Below are positions 10,170-20,600 of a stretch of DNA of 64,000 nt, one piece after another. The notes under the pieces are model-generated. The model was given only the letters and a program-made list of their open reading frames with translations, had not been told where the DNA came from and did no database searches. The translations under genes were made by a program, and so were the position numbers. Every line of letters begins with the position of its first letter. Positions within the stretch are counted from its first letter, which is position 1. This stretch comes from Candidatus Micrarchaeota archaeon (lineage in GTDB: Archaea > B1Sed10-29 > B47-G15), in the NCBI GenBank assembly GCA_003660975.1, contig QMVG01000004.1, forward strand, positions 12,595 through 76,594. The letters run 5' to 3'.

Positions 10170-11264
10170 TCAGCTCTTGTTCCTCAGCAACTCTTCATAT
10201 AACTTTATCAATTTTTTTGCTGTGTTCCTTATGTCTCTCTTCATGGCTTCTTTCTCTCCGTTTTTTACAACCTTTTTCCTGAAACTGTCGTCTTCCCATA
10301 GGTGTTTTAGCTTTGCCTTTAGCTCATCGTAGCTGTGGAAAGTATATCCTGTCTTCCCGTCTTTTATAAATTCCTTTATACAGGGTAGGTCAGTAGCTAT
10401 GACTGCATTTTCTGTAATCATGGCCTCCAAAGCTACCAGGCCTTCTGTCTCGTCCGTACTGGGAAGCACGAAGACCTTGGCAGCGTGATATGCGCTTCTT
10501 AGCTCTTCTCTGGACAGCCTTCCAACGAATGTTGCCTCTGGATATTTTTCCTTTAGCTCATCTAGCATCGGACCTGTGCTGCAAAGCACTGCCTTTATTC
10601 CCAACTCCTTGCAAGCTTTTAGGAAGAATTCTGGTCTCTTCTCAGGAGAAGCCCTTATAACAGACAAGGCGAAGTCCTCTTTAACACCATATTTGCTTCT
10701 AAATAAATTTGGGTCACTATCTCCAAGCCAAAATTCAGCGTCTATGCCCGCAGAAGCAATGGTGACCGGCCTGTCTAGGCCATGCTTCCTAAAACGCTCC
10801 TCTGTTGCATGGGTTTGGCAGACCACATGGTCAAACTTGTTCATAAACGATATCAAGTAAGACCAGCCTAAAGGCTCTAAGAAGTTTAGGTGATACATTG
10901 AAAAAAAATGAGATGGGGCAGTATGGCTGGTTATGACTGTTGGCTTATTTTTTACTTTGCCTCCTATGAGACCTGCCCAACCAGCAGGATAAACGGTGTG
11001 AGAGTGGAATATATCCAAATCCTTTCCAAAGCTTGTGGGAAATAGTATTTCATATTTTGGCGCAGGCGGAAATGGGATTCTTGGATAGTGGTATACTTTG
11101 AAATTAGCTGGCTTATCAGAAGAAAACTTTTTAGCCCTTCCGCTCCCTGTGAACACTGTTACGTCAACACCCTCATTTGACAGGTAATATGCCAGGTTAT
11201 GCACATGAACAGCCACGCCGTTCAATTGCGCATATGTGTCAGTAAACAACCCAACCCTCATCAC
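10170..11264 (-). CDS. glycosyltransferase, GT4-like
   Basis: MMRVGLFTDTYAQLNGVAVHV N-terminus and TDETEGLVALEAM E-x7-E motif. Confidence 0.85.
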   Translation of the reverse strand: MMRVGLFTDTYAQLNGVAVHVHNLAYYLSNEGVDVTVFTGSGRAKKFSSDKPANFKVYHYPRIPFPPAPKYEILFPTSFGKDLDIFHSHTVYPAGWAGLIGGKVKNKPTVITSHTAPSHFFSMYHLNFLEPLGWSYLISFMNKFDHVVCQTHATEERFRKHGLDRPVTIASAGIDAEFWLGDSDPNLFRSKYGVKEDFALSVIRASPEKRPEFFLKACKELGIKAVLCSTGPMLDELKEKYPEATFVGRLSREELRSAYHAAKVFVLPSTDETEGLVALEAMITENAVIATDLPCIKEFIKDGKTGYTFHSYDELKAKLKHLWEDDSFRKKVVKNGEKEAMKRDIRNTAKKLIKLYEELLRNKS

Positions 11265-12442
11265 AAAACACCCCTTAAATAATCAAAATAATACGACTCC
11301 ATTCTCTTTGTTATCTTTTCCCAGTCAAAATATCTCTCTGCCCTTTTTCTGCCTTTTTTGCCCTCTCTTCTCGCCAGTTTTTTGTCGCTGAAATATTTTA
11401 TCACCTCCTTTGCCACTGCTTTCTCGTTTTTTGGTGGTATTAGAGAACCAACCTCTCCAATAACTTCAGGAATTCCCCCAACAAATGTTCCTATGGGGAC
11501 AGTTTCGCAAGACATTGCCTCTGTGAAGACAAGGCCAAATGGCTCGTATAGGGAAGGGAGCACGAAAACATCTGCTGCTGAATAATAGGCTATTAGCTCT
11601 TTCTCACTTATGAAATGAGTGATAAATATGACCTTGTCCTCCATATTTAATTCCTTAACCCTTCTTTTCAGCATGTGCTCTTCAGGACCTCTTCCTATGA
11701 TAAGCGCCTTAAAATCTGGCTCTTCCTTTCTTATCTGTGGCAGTGAGTCAATTACATATTTTATTCCTTTTTGCGGCTGGAATCTAGCAACGGTTAGCAT
11801 AAGGTTCTCACAGCCCAGCTCTTCCTTCACCTTATTCCTGACTTTGCGATACTTCTTGGTGTCTATGCCATTGTACAAAACCCTTGTCCTTGATTCAGGA
11901 AAGCCTTCAGGCACTGTAATTTGCAGCGTATACTCGCTGTTGCCTATTATCATATCAGCTGATTTCATGACTATCTTGCCTATGCTTTCGTCAAATAGTT
12001 GGCCAAGAGTATCTGTTATGAAATCTATTCCCACAGGTCTTGCATTGTGGAGAGTCAGAAAAAGAGGTATCTTGTAAATCCTTTTCCAAAAGATAACAGA
12101 ATCATAGGACAGGAAGAACCTATTATGCAGGTGAATAAAGTCCGGCCTCTCTGATTTAAGTATTTTCCTTAACCTTCTCTGAAAGCCAAAAGGGATGTTG
12201 TATGGTGGAGGGAGAAAATATGGAAGTTTTCTTATCAGGAAGCTATTCAACCTATGGATATGGATGCCTTCAATCTCCTCTTCAAGAGGGTCATCTTCAT
12301 TCCACTTTGATGCAATTATGTGAACATCGTGCTTTCTTGCCAATCTCCTGCTCAGCTCATACAAATATTTTTCAATACCTCCCATAAAAGGGTAGACAAA
12401 AGGGTCCACCATTAGTAAGGTTAACCTCTCCATATGCATCAC
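11261..12442 (-). CDS. glycosyltransferase, GT4-like
   Basis: FMGGIEKYLYELS N-terminal segment and LYEPFGLVFTEAMSC E-x7-E motif. Overlaps neighbours by 4 nt on both sides (operon). Confidence 0.85.
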   Translation of the reverse strand: MMHMERLTLLMVDPFVYPFMGGIEKYLYELSRRLARKHDVHIIASKWNEDDPLEEEIEGIHIHRLNSFLIRKLPYFLPPPYNIPFGFQRRLRKILKSERPDFIHLHNRFFLSYDSVIFWKRIYKIPLFLTLHNARPVGIDFITDTLGQLFDESIGKIVMKSADMIIGNSEYTLQITVPEGFPESRTRVLYNGIDTKKYRKVRNKVKEELGCENLMLTVARFQPQKGIKYVIDSLPQIRKEEPDFKALIIGRGPEEHMLKRRVKELNMEDKVIFITHFISEKELIAYYSAADVFVLPSLYEPFGLVFTEAMSCETVPIGTFVGGIPEVIGEVGSLIPPKNEKAVAKEVIKYFSDKKLARREGKKGRKRAERYFDWEKITKRMESYYFDYLRGVL

Positions 12443-13497
12443 AGTTTGAACTCCTCGTTCTCTATCAATGTCTCAAGCCCCATCTTCAGCGTTACTATTG
12501 CTCCCACAAAAACTATTAACCAATAAGATATTAATCTAAATATCGTTGTAAAGAGCGTTCCATCCACCAAGCCCGCTCCCATGGACATAAAGGATATCGA
12601 CACTATTTCAAAAACACCTATGCCTCCTGGCAGTAAGCTGAGTAGGGAAGTCATCGTCACAGCGAGGTAGATAAACATGGCTGTGTAAACAGGAATGAAA
12701 ATGCCAGAAGCTAGCATCACCATGAAAAAAGCCATTGAGACAAAGAAGTGCTGGAAAGACATCAGCAGACCATTCACTATAATCTTTTTTTTGTGCAGCA
12801 ACGGGATTACTGAGGTGTGAAAGTTCAAAACAGTTTTGTCAGCCCATGCTCCAAGCAGCTCTGGTTTGAAATTCTCTTTCTTTGTTATATAATAAGCTAT
12901 CTTTGCTGCAAACCTAGCGCCTTTGACAACAAGTTTCCTGCACATGTTTAGGTCTACTATAAGGTAAATAATGATGAGAAGAGAAAAAGCAAACAGGGCA
13001 AAGAGCACCATTATTATTACAAGGAGTGTGAAGTCATAAGCTCCTTTTATTACTACTGACAGAATCACAGTTATGGCAAATATGCTAAAACCGAAAAACC
13101 ATGAAACTATCTGTGCCACGACTGTCGCAAATGCTTTTGAATACTCTACGCCTGCCTTTTCGTGCATCAAGTAAGCAATAGTAAATTCGCCGCCAGGGGC
13201 AATGTTTGGCAATACGTTGTCCACGAAAAAGCCAGCTAATGTTATCTTAAACATTTTTAGAAAGGAAATCTTTCCGCCTAAAAAATGAAGCAGCAGTTTA
13301 AGGTTTAGAGCGTATATATATGGAGACATAAACACAAAAAAAACCGCTGCTAGCAGGAAGAAGGGATTTAAGTGCTCTATTTTTAACAAGGCCTCTCTGG
13401 CTCCTGAGAGAGACATGAAAAGGACCAGTGCCAATAGCCACAGTGCGAACACTGCTGCCCACAGTTTCATTTTCTCTTTAAGCTTTCTTTCCTTCAT
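12439..13497 (-). CDS. flippase-like membrane protein (UPF0104 / LPG-synthase-TM-like)
   Basis: Eight or more TM helices and an LLPGGIGVFE motif near the C-terminus. First gene of the operon with three glycosyltransferases. Confidence 0.65.
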   Translation of the reverse strand: MKERKLKEKMKLWAAVFALWLLALVLFMSLSGAREALLKIEHLNPFFLLAAVFFVFMSPYIYALNLKLLLHFLGGKISFLKMFKITLAGFFVDNVLPNIAPGGEFTIAYLMHEKAGVEYSKAFATVVAQIVSWFFGFSIFAITVILSVVIKGAYDFTLLVIIMVLFALFAFSLLIIIYLIVDLNMCRKLVVKGARFAAKIAYYITKKENFKPELLGAWADKTVLNFHTSVIPLLHKKKIIVNGLLMSFQHFFVSMAFFMVMLASGIFIPVYTAMFIYLAVTMTSLLSLLPGGIGVFEIVSISFMSMGAGLVDGTLFTTIFRLISYWLIVFVGAIVTLKMGLETLIENEEFKL

Positions 13498-13556
13498 GCT
13501 TAAATAAAAAGTAAAAGAATATAAAAAACAATAAGCCTATAACATATGGGGTTTAC

Positions 13557-14432
13557 ATGCCAAGCTTAAAGTGGGCCATAATAATTACATTCTTTATACT
13601 GTCGCTTATGCTCTCAGCTATATTCTGGTTAGCCATGTTCTTCTTCAGAGTTACAGGGCCTACATTGGTGCTCTCTACGTTTGCCTTTGTGGCTTTTATG
13701 ATTTTCTTTCAGTGGCTCGTGGGGCCTTCAGTAATTAAGATGACAGCAAGGCTCAGGCCGTGTGAGGACAAAAAGATACTGCACATGGTTGAAAAGATTA
13801 GCAGGAAGACGGGAATTCCTATGCCAGATGTTTACATTGCTGACAGCAGAATACCAAATGCTTTTGCTTTTGGCAGGACCCAAAGCAGCTCTGCTATAGC
13901 TCTGCACAAGGGATTAATTGACAGCTTGAACGACAGCGAACTGGAAGCAGTTATAGCACATGAAATAGGACATATAAAGCACAGGGATGTAATTGTAATG
14001 ACTCTGGCCTCTGCTCTTCCGCTAATATTGTATTATTTGATCTACTTTGGCAGTCTTTTTGCTTCTTCTAGAGACAATAGGGGAACTGTGAACTATCTTG
14101 GAGCTTGGTTAGGAGCAAGTGTGGCTCACTTTTTAGGCACCCTCATAGTGCTTTACCTTTCCAGAGTGAGAGAGTATTATGCTGACGAGCATTCTGCTTT
14201 GGTGACAAAGAGGCCTGATAGTCTCATATCTGCCCTTAGGAAAATAAGTCAAGGCATAAGAAGTAGCCCAGTTCCGAGAAGAGCAGGGAGAGAGGACATA
14301 TTAAGAACATTCTACATAGAGAACCCTGCCATGGAGCTGTCTGGCTCCTCTCTCATGGAGTTGCTTATGACACATCCACCATTGGAAAAAAGGATAAAGG
14401 CATTGGAGAAGATAAAGAGAAAGCTTCTCTAA
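13557..14432 (+). CDS. htpX: HtpX-like M48 zinc metalloprotease
   Basis: HEIGHIKHRD zinc motif in a 4-TM protein. C-terminal THPPLEKRI is typical of the M48 family. Confidence 0.85.
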   Translation: MPSLKWAIIITFFILSLMLSAIFWLAMFFFRVTGPTLVLSTFAFVAFMIFFQWLVGPSVIKMTARLRPCEDKKILHMVEKISRKTGIPMPDVYIADSRIPNAFAFGRTQSSSAIALHKGLIDSLNDSELEAVIAHEIGHIKHRDVIVMTLASALPLILYYLIYFGSLFASSRDNRGTVNYLGAWLGASVAHFLGTLIVLYLSRVREYYADEHSALVTKRPDSLISALRKISQGIRSSPVPRRAGREDILRTFYIENPAMELSGSSLMELLMTHPPLEKRIKALEKIKRKLL

Positions 14433-15649
14433 TATGTTCTCAGCTCTCCTTCTATGAGCCTTTTGCTTACGCTTCTTATATTGTCTAATTCATCGTTCGC
14501 TATGTCAACAATCTCTTTTTCCAAGCTTTTGACCTTCACTCCTTCTTTCGGTGAGACTTTTACTGAAAGCTTTTTGGGTTGGTCTATGGGCCTTCCTATG
14601 CTTGACAATATGTCTACATATACCTCTTCTATGCCTTTTACTTCAGAGTATATTCTGTTTGAAAGCTCATCAGCCAAAACATTGTAGATTTTTCCAACGT
14701 GGTTTATTGGGTTTTTTCCACAAGCAGCCTCCAAGCTCATTGGCCTGTTCGGCGTTATCAAACCATTGCTTCTGTTGCCTCTTCCTACCATTCCGTCATC
14801 GCCCATCTCAGCACTCAGGCCAGTAACTGTGATATAGACACTGTCTGGATTGTCCTCATGGTCTGCAGTATTTATTGAAACCGATATGGAATCTGCCCTT
14901 TTCTTCTGCTCTTTATTTATTTCCTCACAGATGTTCAGCACATCTTCTTCTAGCTGTCTTTTCAGTGAAATGTATTCAGAAAGAGAAGAGACAAACTTGT
15001 CAACAAAAGCCACGCCCAAAGTAAATAAAAAGTCATTGCCATCTCTTAGTCCCATGACTTTTACGTCTTCTCCAATCCATGGGTGCTCTATCCTGTATTT
15101 CGGGCTATTAAGCGTTTCAGTTACTTTCAAAACCATTTCTTCAAGTCGGGAGTATGGAGCGTATCCAACACCAAAAGAGGTATCATTTGCCAAAGGAATA
15201 TCTTTTTTATTTCTCTCAAAACAGCTCACTAAGTCATTGGAACCGTGAGAGAGATATGACTCTATTTCTATGTTCTCTACTTTTAGGTTGAACATATTGT
15301 TCTGCAAGTAATTCCTGCATGCTTTTATGGCGATTTCATCAACAGGAATCTCTTCTCCCCTGTATTCGCTGCTTGCTCTCCCTATTAATATGATTTTTAT
15401 GGGTTTCATTATCTCTCCACCGCCAAACTCCGGTTTTGAGGCACCTGCAGCCAGTGCGATTTTGTCAACGTTGTGGTGCAGTACTTCACCAAAGCGTTTT
15501 ATGTATTCCTTTGAGAGGGCTTTGCTGATTTCCTCTGCGAGAGCATCGCATATGGTGTCTGGATGCCCTATGCCCTTTCTCTCCACCATTTCTATTTCGT
15601 AATCCTCTATTAGAGGCCTTCCTGAGTGCTCCACTGATATATTTCTCAT
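14429..15649 (-). CDS. mat: archaeal-type S-adenosylmethionine synthetase
   Basis: [20 protein letters not shown] near the N-terminus. About 400 aa, typical of the archaeal MAT family. Confidence 0.85.
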   Translation of the reverse strand: MRNISVEHSGRPLIEDYEIEMVERKGIGHPDTICDALAEEISKALSKEYIKRFGEVLHHNVDKIALAAGASKPEFGGGEIMKPIKIILIGRASSEYRGEEIPVDEIAIKACRNYLQNNMFNLKVENIEIESYLSHGSNDLVSCFERNKKDIPLANDTSFGVGYAPYSRLEEMVLKVTETLNSPKYRIEHPWIGEDVKVMGLRDGNDFLFTLGVAFVDKFVSSLSEYISLKRQLEEDVLNICEEINKEQKKRADSISVSINTADHEDNPDSVYITVTGLSAEMGDDGMVGRGNRSNGLITPNRPMSLEAACGKNPINHVGKIYNVLADELSNRIYSEVKGIEEVYVDILSSIGRPIDQPKKLSVKVSPKEGVKVKSLEKEIVDIANDELDNIRSVSKRLIEGELRTY

Positions 15650-15761
15650 CTTAACACCTATATTCTAATTAGAATATTATCAGCTAACATTATAATGAAG
15701 AGAATAGAGATATTTTGAAAAAGCTCTTTTTTATACTTTTTGTGGTTCTAACAAAAACAAA

Positions 15762-16013
15762 TCAGGCCGTGTGAAAAGCAATCTCTATGCGAACTTTATA
15801 TCCTTTGGATTTTATTTCCTCTTCAATGCTGTTTTCTATGTAAGATTGCAGGTCCCTCATGTGGTGGGGCAAATGAATTAGCACATCTACAGCTTTTTCT
15901 TCCTCATTTACTTCTATTTGCTTTACTATTCCCAAGTCAACTATGTTCTTTCCGGTCTCTGGGTCCACTATCTCCCTAAGACAATCGGCAAATGCTTTTT
16001 CTTCCATAGTCAT
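15762..16013 (-). CDS. DUF59/MIP18-family Fe-S assembly-related protein
   Basis: IVDPETGKNIVDLGIVKQIEV motif. 83 aa. Confidence 0.7.
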   Translation of the reverse strand: MTMEEKAFADCLREIVDPETGKNIVDLGIVKQIEVNEEEKAVDVLIHLPHHMRDLQSYIENSIEEEIKSKGYKVRIEIAFHTA

Positions 16014-16038
16014 AAAAAAACAGCTGAGAATAAAAAGC

Positions 16039-17289
16039 TTAGAGGAAAAGCGTTATAATGCCAAGAACTATTGCAGCCCCAGCTAATAGGATTAATATCT
16101 TTATTACCTTTTCAGCCTCTTCTGTAGGAACTCCCAAGCCTCCCCCCAACTTGACCTTTGTTTTCTTTTCCTTCTTCTCCTTGCTTTCCTGCTTTATTCT
16201 TTTGAAGACTACCGGGGCCTCTCCTGTCTCTTTCTCTGCCTCCTTTTTCTTCGGAGCTTCCAGAGCTATGGCTTCCTCTTCTAAGTCCAAAGCCCTTTTT
16301 ATCGCAGCTGGAACAAATTTTACTCCTCTGAGAGTGTCAACTTGGGCAGATAGGCCCATTTCCTTTAAGCGTTCATACTCTTCGTCAGTAATTGCTATTA
16401 GCTTGCCTTCCTGCACTTTCTTTGCCACCTGCTTCTCATAGTCTTTCTTCAGCATTATTGCCCTTGGCTTTTCCTCTTTTTCTTCCTTTTTTTCCTCTGA
16501 AATTTCAGCTTTCTTCTTTTTAGCTTTGGAGCTGATCTTCATAGGTCTTATGGTTCCTTTATCTCTCATCAATGCCAGGACGTCATCATAATACGCTTTA
16601 CCCAGGGCCCTTTTTGAAGGTGGCAGTGGCAATCTTATTATGGCTTTGCTTCCAAGGGCTGTTTCTACCTCACCTTCGCTAACCTCAATGCCCTTTATCT
16701 CTTTGTGCTTCTCCAAGAACTCTCTGGCCTTTTCAGGTCTCACATACAGCTTTAAGTAGAGCTTCCCGTTTTTCTTGTATGCTATCTTGCTCGCAGCTCC
16801 CATCCAGTCCTCGCCCATAACGCTCTTTTTCAGCAGGTATCTGCTGTCCTCTGTTTCAAACTCCAACTTTGACCTTGACCTCTTTCTTGACCACTCCGAA
16901 GTACTTGACTTAAAGCGCTTGAACATGGCCCCAGTAGCATCTCCAAGGACGCCAAAGCGTTTTGCGATATCTCTTGTCGTGTATTTCCTTCCATCGCTTG
17001 TTTCAACCACTAGCATTTCATTTCCCTTTTCCTTGATTGTTTTGGCTGTCTTCTCATCTATTTCCACCATTTTCCTTTCCTTCACCAGTTTTTCTGTCCA
17101 CTTGTCAACTATTTTCTTTTTTTCTTCCTCTGAGGCTTTTTCAAACTTTTCTAAAAATCGCCCCAGCTCTGTCTTCTTTTCTTTTGCTTTGCTCTGCTTC
17201 CTGGCGGGATGTTTATCTGTGTTTCTTTCTTTCCTTTCTTCCATTATTTTATTTATTCCCTTGCCGAGAGCAGCTTTTTTAGGCATCAT
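16039..17289 (-). CDS. Lys/Glu-rich protein with C-terminal membrane anchor
   Basis: 416 aa, highly charged low-complexity K/E stretches. The C-terminus ILILLAGAAIVLGIITLFL is a single TM helix. Confidence 0.5.
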   Translation of the reverse strand: MMPKKAALGKGINKIMEERKERNTDKHPARKQSKAKEKKTELGRFLEKFEKASEEEKKKIVDKWTEKLVKERKMVEIDEKTAKTIKEKGNEMLVVETSDGRKYTTRDIAKRFGVLGDATGAMFKRFKSSTSEWSRKRSRSKLEFETEDSRYLLKKSVMGEDWMGAASKIAYKKNGKLYLKLYVRPEKAREFLEKHKEIKGIEVSEGEVETALGSKAIIRLPLPPSKRALGKAYYDDVLALMRDKGTIRPMKISSKAKKKKAEISEEKKEEKEEKPRAIMLKKDYEKQVAKKVQEGKLIAITDEEYERLKEMGLSAQVDTLRGVKFVPAAIKRALDLEEEAIALEAPKKKEAEKETGEAPVVFKRIKQESKEKKEKKTKVKLGGGLGVPTEEAEKVIKILILLAGAAIVLGIITLFL

Positions 17290-17428
17290 CTCACCTGAAA
17301 TATTATTGCAATCGCATATATATAAACATTCCTGAGACTAAAAAGGTTTGGGAAATATATAAAACTTGGCAAAGCGTCAGGAAAAGCTGATGAGTGAAAT
17401 AAAGCCCCAAGGTTATGGTCTTCAACCT

Positions 17429-17515
17429 AAGCTTTTTTCTGTGAAAACTATGGAAAAAGCTTAAGCAAAAAAAGCAAAAATAAGCTTTTTTCTGTGATAA
17501 CTGTGAAAAAAGCTT
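17429..17515. repeat. two copies of a 34-nt hairpin repeat (AAGCTTTTTTC-loop-GAAAAAGCTT), cluster A
   Basis: Unit 17429..17462 is AAGCTTTTTTCTGTGAAAACTATGGAAAAAGCTT and unit 17482..17515 is AAGCTTTTTTCTGTGATAACTGTGAAAAAAGCTT. They lie immediately 3' of tRNA-Ile (minus strand). Related units occur at 40495..40627 and 43905..44150. Confidence 0.6.
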
Positions 17516-17522
17516 GCAAAAA

Positions 17523-17597
17523 TGGGCCAGGAGGGATTTGAACCCTCGACCTCCCGGTTATCAGCCGGGTGCTCCAACCAGACTAAGCTACTGGCCC
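17523..17597 (-). tRNA. tRNA-Ile (anticodon GAU)
   Basis: The minus strand folds as GGGCCAG-TA-GCTT..GAGC-A-CCCGG-CTGATAA-CCGGG-AGGTC-GAGGG-TTCAAAT-CCCTC-CTGGCCC-A. This is a 75-nt clean cloverleaf with anticodon GAT. Confidence 0.95.
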
Positions 17598-17647
17598 TGA
17601 AAATATGGAAGATATTAGGCAGCAGTAGTTATTTAAACCTAACCCAA

Positions 17648-20600
17648 TCAAACAATGTTGAAATCATCGTCCCTTGGTGCTTTTTTCTTCTTGCCTATTT
17701 TATAAGAAAACAATGTTTTCTCTTCGTCTGCCTCGTACTCTGCTAAAACCTTTCCTGACTTTGTCCTTATTTTTGGGGCAGCCTTCCTTTTTCTCTTTGG
17801 CAGTTTTGGAAGTGAAAAGCTTTTGAAAGGTGATTTCGAGGAAGCCTTGCTTATAGGATACTTACTTCTACCAAAGAGAGCCTTGATTTTGTTCAAAAAT
17901 TCCTTTACGCTGTCAAGCACGTCCATTAGCAAGGCCCTCTTAAAGAAGTACAGCAGCACGATTACTACTGCAAACGAAGCAATGCCCCCAGCTGCAACGT
18001 ATATGGTGGAATCACCAGCTGCCTTTTCTTTCTGTGCAGGCGTGTAGCAGCTGCAGTCACTTATGTTTAACACCTGCTCTTCTGGACAGACGGTGTCCAG
18101 ACACTTAAAGACGCATTCGCAGTTTTCATTGACCTCGTATCCTTCTGGGCACTCCACGTCGCAAGCTGCTGTTGTCTCTTCAATGCTTTCCGTGGATACA
18201 ACAGAGGGTTGGCTTTCATCCATAAATTCATCCTTGTCTTCTACCAAGTTCACAGTGTAATTTACCTCTGCCTTTGATTTGGCTTTGACATCCAATGTCC
18301 ACTCCAGCACAGGGTCGGCTTCAATCACTGTTGGCACGTTGTTGTCAAAAACAATATAACTAACATTGGGAGCTATGTCTTTCGGCACAGTCTCGCGTAT
18401 CTTTGTTCTCTTTGTTGTGGAAAGAGGGTTGTAAACAGAGAGCGAGACGATTGTTTTATTGCTAGGAGTATCAAGGAAGTACCTTCTCACAGAAACCTTA
18501 TTGCTCGGGCGCGGTTTCTCCTTAACCTCTATTGTTATCTCCTTATCAAAGTATATCTTATCCTTGTTGTTATTTGCCCCCCTTATAATCACAGTGTAAT
18601 TGCCAGGTCTTGTGTATTCATCTGTCGTGTAATTAAATGAGTACTGCTTTACTTCTCCTCCGGATACAGAAACACTCCTTTTCCCTTGGAATACTTTTAT
18701 TATATTATAGTCCTGCTCAACAAAGATATAAACAGCCCTGCCTGTGCTTAGGGTGTTTTCTATTGTTAGAGAGATTGTCTTGTTTTTACCTGCTTCTGCC
18801 ACCACCTTGCTTACGCCAACAGCAGATATGCCAGGCACTTGCTCAGAACCGCTGCTTTCACTGCTGCCAGCAGAGCTAGAACTGCTACCTGTGTTGTCAT
18901 TCGTGCTTGACTCGCTTATGGTAAATTTATTTGTGAAGTTTTTGCTTCCAACAAGGCCCCAAACACCATCCACATCAACCATGGCATCATATGTTCCAGC
19001 ATCAGGTATCGAGCAGCTGGTGAGTGTCTTTGAAGAGCTGCCGCTTATGCTTCCCGCGCATGCACTGTAACCTATTTCATAATAAACAGTGACTGTGCCA
19101 TAGACATAAGCATTAACAGAGGAGCCATTGCAACTTATGTTATATCTTATCCCACTAACTGTCGTGCTAAAGCTTTCTCCCTCCGTGGCTGAAGCAGATG
19201 ACACGCTTCCTATGACAATATTGCTTTCCAATGTGCTGTTTCTGAGCACTGGAACCTTTGAGAGCTCGGTTATGCTTCCCTTCCTGCTCTGGTTATCTGT
19301 TAAGCTTATTGTAATATTATACAGGCCACCACCATTTACACCATTTACATCAAGCTGGCTTGCGTTAAACTCGCAGTACATGGACGTGCTGCTGTTGTCA
19401 AAAACTCTGCTTGTTATACTTTTCAATACTCCCTTTCTCCAGGACAGCGTGCAATTGCTCTTGTTGACCGTGTGCTGCAGGCTGCTCCATGAGATATATC
19501 CAAATGTCATGACCCTTGCCTTGAAGAAAACCTTTAACTTGGCATCTTTATCCCCAAGGTCCCCACTGTAGTATGTCTCTGTTATCTTTCCTGTGTCAGG
19601 CCCCACATAGCTTATATTCAGCATGGGCTCATAGAAGTATAAGATAACAGCATCTGAATAAGACTGGTTCTTTGATGACTTCACGCTTATGTTAACAGTT
19701 GTGTTCCCAGAATACGAGGATGAGACACTTATATTTACTGTGATGTTTTTACTTTCGCTTTTGTTTAACCGGATAGACACAGTGCTTGTGTTTGAGCTTA
19801 AACCAGCGCCAGGGCTTACTGACAGCGTATAGGAAGAAGCGTTATTTCCAACATTGCTCACAGTCAAAAGCACGGAAATATTTGCTTGGGGTATGCTGAA
19901 GTTTTTGTAGACCGTCTTGTTTGCAGAGACGCTAACATTGTACTCCTCCTTCATAGTAAGAGAAAATGAACTGCTGTTCGTGCTTGGATCGTAGCTTATT
20001 GGCAGCTTGTTAGAGCCACTCAAATAGCTGAAGTTCAGAAGCACGAGAGTGCTGTTTCCTCCGCCAATACTGCTGTTTAGGTGGCCATCCACGTAGAAAT
20101 ACCTTGAATTATGTGCCTGCAGTTCAAATGTTATACTGGTTCCCCAGCCACTGCTGTCGTTTAGGTAGATTGGCCAGTCATCCGTATTTCTTAACTCGAC
20201 CGTTACATTGTAATTGACATTGCCTGTATTGTTTATTAAAACAGGGTGGTGTAGGTAGCCCATTGGCACATTGGCATTGTTGGCAGTTATGCTGACATTT
20301 GATTGTGCTCTCACATATACATTGATAACGGTACTCGTTCCTTGGTGTTTGTAGCTGTCATTTGCCTTTACTGTTATGTTATAGTACCCTGGGTGCTCTT
20401 TTGAGGTGTCCCAGTCATATGAACATGTTAAGTTCCATATATGAACGTTGTGTGAACAGTCCTCACTGGCGTCTATTAATTGCCAGCCAGTACCAAAGTT
20501 AATCATTATCGTATCGTTAAGAAGATTATAATCACTCACTGTGAAGTTTACCTTGCTGCTTATGCCGGAGACATTGCTGCCATTGCCAGGTGCTGTTATG

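Noticed and set aside
17522-17746. 74-aa ORF on the + strand.
   Set aside because: It is simply the reverse complement of tRNA-Ile plus the 3' end of the surface-protein gene.
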